This document shows, in pieces, positions 35,671 to 50,600 of a stretch of DNA of 64,000 bases. Source of the DNA: Owenia fusiformis (lineage: Eukaryota); the NCBI GenBank assembly GCA_903813345.2, contig CAIIXF020000001.1:27652001-27716000 (forward strand). The letters are read 5' to 3'. Under the pieces are notes generated by a model, which ran no database searches, had not been told where the DNA came from, and saw only the letters and a program-made list of their open reading frames with translations. The stretch's first letter is position 1; each line of letters opens with the position of its first letter. The position numbers were made by a program, and so were the translations under genes.

Positions 35671-38600
35671 TCACAGTCGATCACTTTCTACTTCATCAGG
35701 TGTGTATTTTATCGTCTCTGTTGAATCTTGGGAGCTAACCTCCTCTGTTGATGTCTCATTGCTCTCTGGACTGCTTCCATTTATGTCCATATCAACAATG
35801 TTCCCATTCTCTTGGTTCCCATTTTCATGGTTTTCAAACTCTGTCAGAAGAGCAGTGGCCTCAGCCAATGTGTCCTGAAATTCAAGATTTGTCATACAGT
35901 TATAAGCCACTGAGTTTAATATTATTCACAAAACTTGAAAATGAAATTAAGATCTATGTGAGTATATTTCTGAAATTCATAAAAATTCTACAAGCTTAGC
36001 TTGATAAAATTCAGACTTAATTATAAGAATTAAGAGACTTTTAAGAGTTTTCAATCAGTAGACTGTATATTCATTTTATGTTTGATCTAATGTTTTAGAT
36101 TGAATTCAAGACAAAAGTCCTTTTTAATTCATGAAATGTTGCTTTCCATCGAAAATTCAAAAGTGAAGAAGTGGCTGCTATGGTACCTGTGCACTGATTG
36201 TTCTTTGAAAGCTTTTACTACCCGAGTCTTCATTTGAGGTGGTACATGTGCTCTGAGGGGTCCAGTAGGAGTACTCAGACATCTGAAACATTACAGATAT
36301 AAAGGATTAATACTACAGGAAAGATGGGTTATGGGGCAGGGTTGAACTTTATAGTTCAACTGTACAAGTCCTCATCTTAAATAGGGAATTCAAGTAAATG
36401 TAGATGTTTATGTGTACAATTGGAGATTTTTCAAGGATAAACTATGCATTATGTCTAACTAGCCTGCCTGGAAGAGTGAACCTAAATTGAAATCTTACCA
36501 ATCATCATCAGAATTCGAACAATATTAAACAAGGCATTTAAATGCAAAATGTCACCACCTGCCATTAGTTACAGACACTGACCACCCACCGTCAAATGCC
36601 AACTGTCAAACAAAAAAAGTATATAACAATATGTCACAACTTCTGGAAGTGACAAAAAAACCACAAGAATCACGAAGCGAAAGATTTACCTTTTTCTTGA
36701 GCCAGTTGACTGCCCATTGCCACTTGGTGGGTGTTTGTATGAGATAGTCCTTGGCGAGGGTACATTTATTGGTGAGGGCCACCAGGAACTTTATACACTG
36801 GTAGGATCTCCTGCTGTCACTGTTGTGGTTGATCTTCACAACCGCTGTAAGCAGAGCATGTGAGATTTACCACAAGTCTCTCAATAGAACAAATTCATTT
36901 TTAATTTACAATCTTATCAACAGCCAAATTGGTGTTTCTAGTAAAATAATGTTTTTAATTGTAAAATTCCAGGCATGTTCTGTATCAGAACAAGAATTTT
37001 CTGAACAGACATTTCATTCCTTGCCCATCTTGCCCCTGGACATTCCAGCCACAAGTATAGACCTAATATCATCCCTAAGACCACTTCACTCCACCATTTC
37101 AGATACTTAAAAGCATATTCTAAAGTTCTTGTATTCTCACCAAGCATTCCTTCATAGTTAGTATTTGTCTCATCAATGTAGCCATCTATGATGCACTGGA
37201 GTCTCTTCATCTGTAATGGGTCCTCCATGGACAGCAGCTCTGACAGCACAGAGAACAGGTTCTTCAACTCATTTGAGGGGGCATTGGTATATTGAAGCTG
37301 AAAGGACGCATGGCATCAATATTAAAAAAATAAAGTAAAGATGATTGGAAATTGCAGTTATGGCAGTAGATTTGTGCAATTTTGCTGAATATGGTATCTC
37401 TCTACTAAAAATCTTCAAGGTTCTCAAACATGCGTGGTAAAAAAGTGCGACAAGATGATCATATGAAAAACTCACCATAATTTGCCTAAGAACGGCCATA
37501 GTGAATGCAGCGTTGCAATAACAGCAGTATAGAATCATGTCTGTTATCACACTGAGGCTGGAGTTCATCTCGCGCACCGCCAATATGACTTCACGAACAT
37601 AACGACTAGAATCATCCCCGAAGACTTTCTTATGCATCTCTGTCGACATCTTCAGGAAGATGGTGGGGTGAGAGGTGGAGGGTTTCCTTTCAGGGTATTT
37701 ACCAGGATCTGGAAATTATGAATTATGAGCAAACATTGCTTATTGCTTTTTGCTTTTCTATTCTACTTTTAAAAATTGTCAAATAGGAAATGACTCCATA
37801 CATGGGAATAGATGAGAAAATGAAATGGATCAGGATAAAGTTTAATAAACTTGTGATTACTACATATAAACAAGTGAATACATACCATCTGTCCTGTACC
37901 CAGAAACATCACAGTTCAGGATAAGAGTTGCTAAAGCTTCATGGAGGTAGCCAAAGTCCCTTGATTGCATAGAACTCCATCTTCTGTTGGGAGACTCCTA
38001 GACACATAATACCTCATATTAAAAAACTATCAATCTACATATGACAAAAACCCTTCTTTTCTAAGTGTTATTATTCACTATAAGTAAGTATGCACAGGTT
38101 TTGATGTAAAATGCTTTGATAAATTATGTCAGCCTTCAAAACAGGATTCATCTATGTTCCCATTCGAATCTATGAATCATAGTCATAATGAATTCTCCCA
38201 CACTCATTTGTGCTTGAAATATATTAAATATATTTTCTATATATCTCCTTTATATGCAAAGTACCATGAACTATTATCAAAAAAGCTGTACCGGTTCTTT
38301 GGACTGTGGTCCTAACAGGAAGTTGACAAGTCGTACAAATCCATTTCTGCCAAACATGTGAGCGCATGCTTTGGTCCCCTGCAAAAAGATAACATTTTGT
38401 TTGATACTAAAATTTCTCACCATAATCCAAAGGTAAAAAGCTAAACTTATTCAAACCTAGTAACTAGAAATATTAAGTACTGTATTTACCAGGTGAAGAT
38501 ACAGAGTAACCAGAAATATTTGATACTTACAAGGTAAAAATAAATACTGAGTAACCAGAAATATTGGGACTTACCTGATGAACATACATACTGAGTAACC

Positions 38601-41600
38601 AGAAATACTGGGTACATGTTTTTATATTGTCTTCTACATCCTTCTTCAACATGCTGAGCAGAATTTCAAGCAGTTCGTCAAAACACTTGTGAGTCTGGAA
38701 ATGAGTAAGATGATTTTTGATAAAGTTATTTTTTGTTGTTATCCAGATTAGACTTTGTTTATGAGGACACTATTTGATTTAAGTTTTCTGATCAGTATTT
38801 TAATTTATTCCATAATACTACTGTTTTCCCAGGGAAATATGAAGGAATAAAAATCGTATTGAATCGTATTACATGAAAAAATCGTATTGTCCCCGGGAAA
38901 AAAATCGTATTAGAGTGTATTACATGAAAAAATCGTATTGTCCCCGGGAAAAAAATCGTATTGGAGCATATTAACCTATTTTCGGTTTCCCGGTTATTTT
39001 TTCCCTTTTTTTGCATTATCCAAATGTAGCATTTTAGAGGGGTGTATTATGGAATAAATAGGTTATTTCTGGTCAGGATTGAATATGGGTTTTATTCCTC
39101 GGAAAATATGATATTGACCTTGGGTTATATGATATTGACACTCGGTCGCTGCGCTCCCTCGGTCAATATCATATTACCCTTCGGTCAATATCATACTGTC
39201 CCTCGGAATGAAACCCATATTCAATCCCTCCCAATACATAATTTTGTCAGTGTTCTTTCAAACATACTCATAACTACTCACAGCAACTCCTTTATGTTTG
39301 AAATAACTGCTCATGACTTGTTCCAAGATGCGGGAAAATGCCACCCTGACGTCCTTATTTGGGCATTCTAATAGGAAAGGCCTGAAAGAAAAATATTTTA
39401 ATTTGACAATGAGATACATCATGCATACTTAGGTTCATGCATGTCCAAGTAACTTTTGTTTTATTTGTATCTTGGACCATTCAATTGCTACTCAAATGAT
39501 TTTATGGCTATATCATAGGTAACAAGGCATTAACATGACAAAATGTCACCACCTAGTTGCTCACAATATTATGAGTTCAAACTTAAGTCAGATTTGAATT
39601 TCTGAGAACTTGTAAAGTCAAATTTGAACTTCTGAAAAGATGTAGATGATTTTGAAAAAAAAATTTGGTCAATTTGAAGCAAGTTGAAAACAGACCTTTT
39701 GACCTTTTTTGACCTTGAGAAGGTCATTAAAGGTCAAATGTCAAATCTAAAGTCAGATTTGAATTTCTGAGAACATGTAGATGATTTTGAAAAAAAAATT
39801 AGTCAATTTGAAGCAAGTTGAAAAAAGACATTTTTGACCTTTTTTGACCTTGAGAAGGTCATTGAAGGTCAAATGTCAAATCTAAAGTCATATTTGAATT
39901 TCTGAGAACATGTAGATGATTTTGAAAAAAAATTTTAGTCAATTTGAAGCAAGTTGAAAAAAGACCTTTTTGACCTTTTTTGACTTTGAGAAGGTCATTA
40001 AAGGTCAAATGTCAAATCTTAAGTCAAATCTAAAGTCAGATTTGAATTTCTGAGAACACGTAGATGATTTTGAAAATTTTTTTTAGTCAATTTGAAGCAA
40101 GTTGAAAACAGACCTTTTTGACCTTTTTTGACCTTGAGAAGGTTATTAAAGGTCAAATGTCAAATCTAAAGTCAGATTTGAATTTCTGAGAACATGTTGA
40201 TGATTTTGAAAAAAAAAATTAGTCAATTTGAAGCAAGTTGAAAAAAGACCTTTTTGACCTTTTTTGACCTTGAGAAGGTCATTGAAGGTCAAATGTCAAA
40301 TCTAAAGTCATATTTGAATTTCTGAGAACATGTAGATGATTTTGAAAAAAATTTTAGTCAATTTGAAGCAAGATGAAAAAAGACCTTTTTGACCTTTTTT
40401 GACTTTGAGAAGGTCATTGAAGGTCAAATGTCAAATCTCAAGTCAAATCTAAAGTCAGATTTGAATTTCTGAGAACACGTAGATGATTTTGAAAATTTTT
40501 TTTAGTCAATTTGAAGCAAGTTGAAACAGACCTTTTTGACCTTTTTTGACCTTGAGAAGGTCAAATGTCAAATCTTAAGTCAGATTTGAATTTCTGAGAA
40601 CACGTAGATGATTTTGAAAAAAAAATTTAGTCAATTTGAAGCAAGTTGAAAACAGACCTTTTTGACCTTTTTTGACCTTGAGAAGGTCATTGAAGGTCAA
40701 ATGTTAAATCTGAAGTCAGATTTGAAGGTCAAATGTCAAATCTAAAGGCAGATTTGAATTTCTGAGAACATGTAGATGATTTTGAAAAAAAATTTAGTCA
40801 ATGTGAAGCAAGTTGAAAAAAGACCTTTTTGACCTTGAGAAGGTCATTGAAGGTCAAATGTCAAATCTAAAGTCAGATTTGAACTTCTGAGAACATGTAG
40901 ATGATTTAGAAAAAAATTGAAGTCAGTCTAAACAGTATTTGTTAAGTTATAGGAAGTTGTAAGAAATTGTTACAGACGCCAACCGCCGGACGCCAACCAC
41001 CAACCGCCGTCGCAAAAAAAACGGAGACCATAACAATATGTCACCACTTTTGGTGGTGACATAAAAAAAAACGGAGACCATAACAATATGTCACCACTTT
41101 TGGTGGTGACATAAAAATGGTACTTTTGCACCGTATTTGGTGACATCTTTGTACAATCAATTTCATGAATTATTAGTTTTTTAATGAGCCTCTAGAATAA
41201 AGAAAACATTGTCAATTAGGAAGGACAACTTACTTAATATAAGTCTTTCCCTGTTCTATTGCTAGATACTGCACCAGCCAGTTACATGCTGCCTTACATC
41301 TGTAGACTAGAGTATCAATGATATTCACCCATTCATCTATGATCAACCTACAACAGAGTTTGACAGTTATGATTTAAGGTGGTCTAATGAGAACCACATG
41401 ACCTCACAATACATTTAGGTAAACATAGTATCATGCCAACTAATGAGGAAGATACAAATTCAAACAATATTTTTGAAACTTAATTTTAAGCAGAGCAATA
41501 TTGTGGAGAGAACATATTTCAACCTATTGTTATACTTTGGTGGTTTTAAGAAAAACTATGAAACACAGCAAATTACACTGTTGAAACATCGGATTTGTTG

Positions 41601-44600
41601 AATTAATGTAGAATTCATCAAAAAAGCTTGAATAAAAACCTCAGTGAACACACATTCCTCACCTTTTCTTCCTTTTAGTTTTGAGATAGGTATTGAAGAG
41701 AAAATGTATGCCTAGTTGTAGAGACTGAAGGCACATGTCTGTATAGGCAGCATCCTTGACATATTCCTGTAAAATTATATAAAACAAACTCATATTTGTT
41801 AACTTTACACTGCATTCCGCTGTATTTGATGATTATACTTTAAACAAGTTGAAGAGGTCAGCAGTTTTCTGGAATTTCTATGACAAGATTTGACTTATGT
41901 GGCACCCACCCCCATATTTGTCCGCCATCAATATAGCACTTTTTAAAAGTGCAATCAAAATAGACCTTATTTGAGACTACTTAATCAAATATCATAAACA
42001 AGTCACTTTAAATGTGTAAACTTACGGAATTTCTAGAGACGAAGTCCTTCATGAAGGTAAAATAGTCATCATTATAAACATTTTTGTTTTTCATGAACTT
42101 GAGATTTTCATCCCTAATTCCACGCTGTATTCGTGCTGGCATACTGTCTGAGAAAATCCCTCGTTTTTCACCTTTATGTACAAGTTCTGATAGTTCCCTG
42201 AGACTGTCACTGCTTCTACCTGGAGTCCTATTGAGTGAAGAGAATGCAAAATTAGACGATATTCAAAAATAGTCTCAAAATATAAAGGAAAAGGATAAAA
42301 GGGAAGTCAAATGGACAACTTCAGTTTTTTCATAGGGAGAGGCGAGAATATATTGGAAAGAAAATGACACGCAATTAAACAATTTTTAATCTTATATCAA
42401 TATCTAAGATATCACTTAGCAAATTATTAATTTGACTCATATTAAGATAAGTTAACCATATTTGTATCGAGGTATTAAACTTATATTTTTTCATATTGTA
42501 TTAGTATTGAGGCATTGTATTTGTATTGACATAATATATCTGCATTGATATATTGTATTAGTACTGACATATTGTATTTGTAACATACTTATGCTCTCTC
42601 TTGGCAAACATTGTGATTTTACTCTTCTTGGCTGACACAGGTGTTCTGATCTCTTCCATCCTCTCATAGAATAGTAAGTAGCCATTCCAATAGCGCTGCC
42701 TCTCTTCTGGGTAACTGCTCGCTTAAATTAAATCAAATGAAATACATGCATTATACAGCCATTTTGGAATAAAAATATCAAATTCTTAAAGTATTGTGTT
42801 AAAACAAGAACTTGATTTTTCAATTTGTTGGTGGAGATGACATTCTAGAACTAAATTGGAAAGAAAAATGTGGATTTTAACTAATACACATATTTTGTGA
42901 ACTGCAGTCTAAGTTTATATATGGAGACATTGGGAAGATATGCACAATATCTAACAAGAGGTAATTAATTAGAGAACTTTCTCTATTTTTATTATTTACT
43001 GTTTTAGTCTCCAACTTTTTTTATGGCTAGTGCTTGGTGTTCAGTGGTTGGCATTTGGCAGGTGGTGATATTTTGCATGTTAATGCCTTGTTCATACTTA
43101 CATTGGTCATAGACCTTTGCCCGATATGTTCCACCAAAGCATTCAGCTTCTAAAGTTTCATCATTCAGGTCAAACTCCTCAACCACTTGGTCATTGAACT
43201 TGAACCACTTTCCTTTGTTCTCATTTGTAAGTGATGTACCCCTGGAAAGCATATAAATTATGGTCACATTTCAGAGACATAATATGATGTACCTCTGAAA
43301 AGCAGGTAAATTATTGTCACATTTGATGGACATAGTGTGATGTACCTCTGAAAAGCAGGTAAATTATTGTCACACTTCATAGACATAATGTGATGTACAT
43401 CTATAAAGCAGGTAAATTATTGTCACATTTAATAGCCATAATGTGATGTACCTCTGAAAACCAGGTAAATTATTGTCACATTAAATAGACATAATGTGAT
43501 GTACCTCAGAAAAGCCACATTTCACTGACATAATACAATATTTGAGATATATTTTCTACGTGACTAGATACTTATTATACAATGTCAACAATTAAAATGC
43601 CATGACTGCGTTGTTCCATAAAGCAAGAACAACACCCCAGTGCACAACAGAGCAAATTCATTGCTATATTTCACATAAATTAAACTTAATTATATAATTA
43701 GACAATATATTCCAACTGAATCACAAGTTAAAACCAACCAAAGATTACCTGCGCTCCTTTATGAAGGAATAGTAATGACCAGCATTGGCTTGACCACTAT
43801 GAACAACAACACCTACAAGTTCATAATTCACTGCCATAGAGGCCCTTGCTCCTGTTGTTATAATATTCCCTGAAGTTCCATCTTTTGAAGGAGTTGAAGG
43901 TTGGTTTTGTTCTTCTTTTTCTTGCTCTTCCAAACGTGCCATTCCCTCTGCTGTATATGGTTCCATGTCGAGTACCCATGGGAATTTGAAATAATCGTCA
44001 AATTTCAACGCACGATTTGCTTCCCAATCGTAGCCAAATCTCTTGAGTTGAATACATAATGTTGGGGGTAGAGTCTTTATGCACATTCTCTTTACAGTAT
44101 TACGCTGAAACATAGATCAACAAATATATTATTTTTAATCTAATTTTTCTAAATTTTGCTGGGTCAAGACACATGTCAATATTATAGATGATTAATGATT
44201 CTAATGTGTTCAATGCATTTTAATCTGTTATTGACTGCTACATATGCAACCTTGTTGAATTTTCATTGTATGATATTAAATGTTATAATATATGAACTTG
44301 AAATAAAAATGATTAATAAAAAAACAACATATGCAATCTCTCTTTCATGAAGTCAATTAACAACTTCACAACAATTACATTCATGAATACAAAGCTGAAC
44401 TACAAGAAACAATTTAATTCACTTTGTACTGTTTTTCTTCTTTATTCCAGTTTGCTGCCAAAGTTAAAAACATTGGTGGCAGTTTTTTGAAAATATGCAA
44501 TAAAATATAATAAACCTTTTCTCCACATTTCTCACAGAAGTAAGCATTGTCACCATCCAGTAGTTCCCCCATAACAAACTGGTCTAAGGAGTCTTCCAAA

Positions 44601-47600
44601 GTAGCATTCTTCACAGTCAGGTTCAAAGCAAAGAATGGTTCTTCTCTCTCATACCTGGAAAGTATAAAAATAATGGGCATTTGCTAATATGAGGGCACAT
44701 ACATGTTCAATATGTTCCCCACAATTTGGTGATCCTATATAGATTTTTCATCCTGAAAGCCCAACGGTAATCAGGTGAATAGACAAAATTTAAGGATCGA
44801 AAATTCAAAAGGGTCACTTCAGAATTTGCTGAGTTAGCCGGAAAACTAATGATAAATTGTAGATTTTCATACAAAAAAAGCATTCCTAAAAATTTCAGAT
44901 CAATCGGTGTTTGGCTGGAATCATGTACACAAGACTTTAAAGACAACATTTTGGGAATTAGCAAAATTGCAACTTCAAAGGGTAAAACTGACAAAACAGC
45001 TTGGCGAAGTGTATTTCTGAGAAGATAAGGTTCAATTTTGGCAAAACTGTATTACATAATTACTTCAAACAAAAACCAAATCACACAAGCTGTGTTGAAG
45101 TTGTAACAAAAACATCAACAAAAGAAAGAGTGGTCATTTTGAATTCAGATGCCTGAGGATAAATTTGAATGCTTTTTCTGTATCGACATTTCAGCACAAG
45201 CACAGTGTATTCATACAGTTGCTTATGGAATATTTTAATCAACTTACCTATGAGGGCAGTCCTGGCATATCTTCTGGTCAGAGTAGATACCTCCAAACTT
45301 TTTCTTAAATATCTGGTCACGCCCGATTTTCTGCAAAGATATCAAATAGGGTTAAAGAACTCATCTCATGGTACGTTCTGTTCTATATTTTCTTATTTCA
45401 AAACATATCAAAGACAAGAAAGTGACAATACTAGCAAACCTAACTACTCATATGTTCAGACAACATAAGTAGGTAGTCTACAATACTTTTTTACACTCAT
45501 TTAACAAGTACTAAAATTAATAAAACTGGAAAGACAGAGTAGTAAAAGCTGAATCAACGTAAACATTGTCGTAACTGTTCAAATTAGGGGTGGGTCAATA
45601 CATGCGGGTGCCCACCTCGATGGCAGCCTGAACACCCCTTGTTCAAATCATGTAATAACCTACCTTCAAATGTTCATCTAATTGGTCAGTGAGAGCTGTA
45701 TAGAAATCAAAGGCATCTTGCTGCTCCCGTACATTCACAACTTGGCCCCACAGTTTGAACAACTTCCAGAATTTTTCAGGCTCGTGGTACTGAAGTTTAC
45801 TGTCCATGAGGTGTCCAAACATTTGTTGGATCTGGTAGAACACGCTGCAACACAAACAATTATTCCAAATACAAACTGTTGCAGAACCATGTAAAAATAT
45901 CTTCGTTTTTTGGGAATTAACATCCTATAAAAAATCTGTAAAATGTGTTTTACATTTCTCTGTAATTCTCATCCTCAATATATTGCAAACTGTTTATTTT
46001 AGACTTGATTTTAATCTTTTTTTCTGCACTTATCAGAGCACAAAATTGCTTGCTTTGCGTGAATTTTGAACATTTCATACTTTTGACTAGGTGAGCATTT
46101 TTTGTTATTTCATGAAAAAGTTTGCTTTGATATATATTGATGATGCAAGATAAAGATCATTATGAATTGAAATAATATGGGATATGTTGTAAAAGGAGTA
46201 TACATTAAGTACATGAACTAAGTATCACTCACGTATCCTCATCCTCAGTGTCACCATCCTCACTGGTAAGTATGGCCTCATGTATTCCTGGCTGCATATA
46301 CAGCTGCTGCAGCACACTATTCATATAACACGTCGCACCCGCATTCTTCAGCCCAACAAAGCCTCTGTCTGGGCGGCCATCTACAGGTGGCTCATACTCC
46401 CAGTTGTGTGCTGTCTCAGGCTCAAACTGGTGATGCATGTCCAGAAGTAGATGGCATATCACATCAAGATTGCTGCTGCATTGGTCTGCTAGTTCAATAA
46501 GGAGTTGATATGCTGCCTTCTTAGACTGCTCATCTGAACATCTGAAATAATAGAAATGCAGATATATGAGCTTAGTAATGCACAATGTTCACTGAATAAT
46601 GTACTTAATTGCCAAAAAATTCACTTTGCAATTCAATAAATTCACTTTAAAATGTTCTAAATTGCACTAAATTTCACTTTGCAATCCAATGATTTCGCTT
46701 TAAAATGACTACATTCACTAATAATGTATAAATTGTATTAAATTCTCCACTAAATCAATCCAAATGAATTCATGTTGGAGCTACATTTACTTAGTAATGT
46801 AATTCACTTTGCAATCCAATGATTTCACTTTGAAATGCACTACATTCACTTATAATGTATTAGTAATGTAATGTACTTAGTAATGTAATTCACTTTGCAA
46901 TCCAATGATTTCACTTTGAAATGCACTACATTCACTTATAATGTATTAGTAATGTAATGTACTTAGTAATGTAATTCACTTTGCAATCCAATGATTTCAC
47001 TTTGAAATGCACTACATTCACTTATAATGTATTAGTAATGTAATGTACTTAGTAATGTAATTCACTTTGCAATCCAATGATTTCACTTTGAAATGCACTA
47101 CATTCACTAATAATGTATTAGTAATGTAATGTACTTAGTAATGTAATTCACTTTGCAATCCAATGATTTCACTTTGAAATGCACTACATTCACTTATAAT
47201 GTATTAGTAATGTAATGTACTTAGTAATGTAATTCACTTTGCAATCCAATGATTTCACTTTGAAATGCACTACATTCACTAATAATGTATTAGTAATGTA
47301 ATGTACTTAGTAATGTAATTCACTTTGCAATCCAATGATTTCACTTTGAAATGCACTACATTCACTAATAATGTATTAGTAATGTAATGTACTTAGTAAT
47401 GTAATTCACTTTGTAATCCAATGAATTCACTTTGAAATGCACTACATTCACTTTACTTACTTTGGTATGAAGTGTCCATTGACATTCTGTGCGTTGGCCT
47501 GTTCTACATCAGTGAGGATAGCTTTGGCAGCAGGGAATAAGAATGACCCTAGTATGTTATTTATAAGGTTTGGACCTAAAACAAAAATGTACATAACATA

Positions 47601-50600
47601 ATCCTAATATATAGCATGTGCACTACTTGAGGCACAAACAGATTTCTTAACAGGTAATAAAATTCAATTAAACACACATGCATTCTGCTTTGAAAGAGCA
47701 TGGACTGAAAAAGGGTATAATTCTGGGGCCCATTTCTCAAAAACATCATCAATTACGATTCACAGATTTAATTCTCTTCTACATTTTACAATTTTTCGAA
47801 ACTTGACAATTTTGTCAATCTACGATTTTACCATGGATGAAGAGGACTCGTCAACCATCAAAAATTGATTTCCTGTGATCTGATTGGTCTATAAAGAAAC
47901 AGGCTTCTGTCTGATTCCGCCTCAGACTTACCATTTGACTTTTTGTCCACGCCTTCACAGGTGAACAGTGTTTTGATGAGCTGTATATGTCCAGCAAGCA
48001 ACATATTGTCAGTCTCTCTCAGCTGGGCATGCTCACTAGGCACGAAGTTATCCAACCAATCAAGTTCATCATCTAACATAGACTTGGCATTGATCTGAAG
48101 TCTCTTTTGCTGGTCCGCTATTGAAAAAAGAAATAGTATATCATATAATCACCATCAGTGCTAAATGCAGTTTTTGTTTCAATTTTGGAGTTAATAGATT
48201 ACAACAAAACATTGCATATAACTTGACTCACCTGTTAGATGATCTAATAGCTTACATCTGAGATCAAAGTACTGGGAGCACTGACTAAGCATTCTGGAAT
48301 CAAAAATATTTTCAGGGTATTGTTACTGGATAATGTAACATGGGCTTTTAGGCAGGTAACAATTTGCTTTATTCAGCAAGCCGTCTCTAATTTATAAGTT
48401 CAAAAAACAAAAAATATTTTTAAATCGATAATGTAAAATGTAGACATGTTTTTTTGTGGATTTAATTCTCTCCCAACAATCCCACTATCTTATCACCAAA
48501 TGAATTGTAAGATTCTCCTTTAATATGAATGTCCTCTTTGTTCCTAACAAGAACCAGATTATCTAGCTATTTAATTATCAAAATGTGGTCATTCAAATTG
48601 ACCAATATTTTCTACATTTAATCTTGAGACTCACTTTTGACTAGCACCTCTAGTGTTACATGATGTGACCCACAGTGGGAGTCGTGCTTTAAGCAATACC
48701 CCAAGGATAAACTGGTGGGGAGACTGTTGGTGACCCCCCTCAATGGGGGACATCTCAGAGCAGGCCAGCACCCACAACTGCTCTAGGGCTGCGTCCCTGA
48801 TCTCCCTGGGGGTAGCTCCAACCAGGATGTCTATGATGAAGTCACTCACACATGGTAGTGCATAGAATGATGCTGAAATAAAACATTTACAGCTTAAATA
48901 TTAATATATGGAAGAATCTCAGAATAAGCTGATCTTGTATTGATTTGTTCATTAAGGTGACACTTAGACTAATGTGTAAGGAAAATTTTTGTTCTTATGT
49001 TATTTATATAGATGTACTGTAGTATACACATTTTGATAATGGCACTCTCCCATGATAAGATGCACCTACAGTTAAGCCTCAGTCACATTTGCTTTATGGC
49101 AGCTGTAGCTTCCCAAAATTGATATAGAAAATCTGAATTATACTCCTTATCCCTATATTTTATGCTGCATATTTCTCTCATTTTTGAGAAGCTACAGGCA
49201 CCATGCATTTGCCAAAGATCAAATGTGACTGAGGCATTAATTAGATGCAAATAGTGATATGTAGGCTCTGCTTACCTAAGAGTTGGTGCCTCATCTGTAG
49301 ACATGCAACTAGGAGTTCTAAAGCTTCCTTTGCTATATTGGAATCTTTGGGAGATATATCCTTTTGTTTCACACATACACCAGCATGTAAAGTCTGGTTC
49401 TCACTCTCACTGCTGCCAGTACTTGTGTTGCTACCTAAAGTATATGGTATAAGGCATTAATATACCACCTGCCATTTGTTACATTTTGTTAAAGGTGCCG
49501 AATGCTGAACACCAACTGCTGAACATCAACCGCCGGATGTCGTCCACAGAAAAGTTTAAGACCACCACCACTTCTTGTGGTGACATAATAATGCTGACTC
49601 CATTTACACATTTAAAGGCCACAATTTATGTGACTGGAAGTTCAAAAATAAAAAACTGTTTATATAACCATTATTTGCTGGTTTCAATTACTGCCTTGCA
49701 TGTCTGGTTCTATTTTTTCTCTTGGTTTTACTTCAACTTTTGGTATTAAGTACTACTAATTGGTACTAAATACTACTATCCTTACTGGTAATAGACACCA
49801 AGAACTGGTACATTTTATTTGCTGGTACTACTTTACTTACTGGTACTACTTTGTCTGCTTCTACGTCCAGTCATGCTTGACATACTCTCTCTGATTGGCT
49901 GTGCTGAACTGACAAGATGTAACCTCCCAGCCGCAGCTGCCCATGTGACCCGCATAAGGCATGCTACAGTTTCCGTAAAATCTTGTACACCCATAGTCTG
50001 AAAGAAAAGATTTCATTCAAATATGAAATGAAGTTTATACCATATATTATATTGAATTGTACATCTAAACATTATTCATGTAAATGCACAGAGCAAAAGT
50101 GGGACATCTTTGTATAAAATCCCATATTTTCACACTTAATTTTTGAGAACACAAAAATGACTATTTTCATGCTTAAAAATGCATTTTTTCACATACACGT
50201 ACATTAATTCTTGTCTTAAGAACAAATCACATTATTTCACAAATTCACATGCACTTACATGTACCTGTATTGCTTTGCTTGCAGCACTGGGAGTGACATC
50301 TATAGTGAGACTAGATGTACTAGAGATACTTGCACTCTTTGACCTTGTAGATCGTGTAGAGCGCACAGAACGGGTAGATTTTATCGATTTCATGCTTGGT
50401 TGTCTTGTAAAAGAACTGGGCTCCTCTCCAGTAATTGTTTGACCACACAAGAGATATCTGTAACAAAACATTTCACACAAATACATATATGACGCTCAGT
50501 CGGGGATCAAGGTGTGATGTTCAGGAATAGAGTTGGGCGATAATATCATACTAAGCGACAATTTTTAAGTCATCTTGCTTTTTTTCTCTTTCCTACCAGC

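Noticed and set aside
39580-40920. Regular arrays here and at 46787-47454 and 61140-61426 as possible CRISPR arrays
   Set aside because: Head-to-tail units with no unique spacers, no cas genes, and a eukaryotic intronic context.
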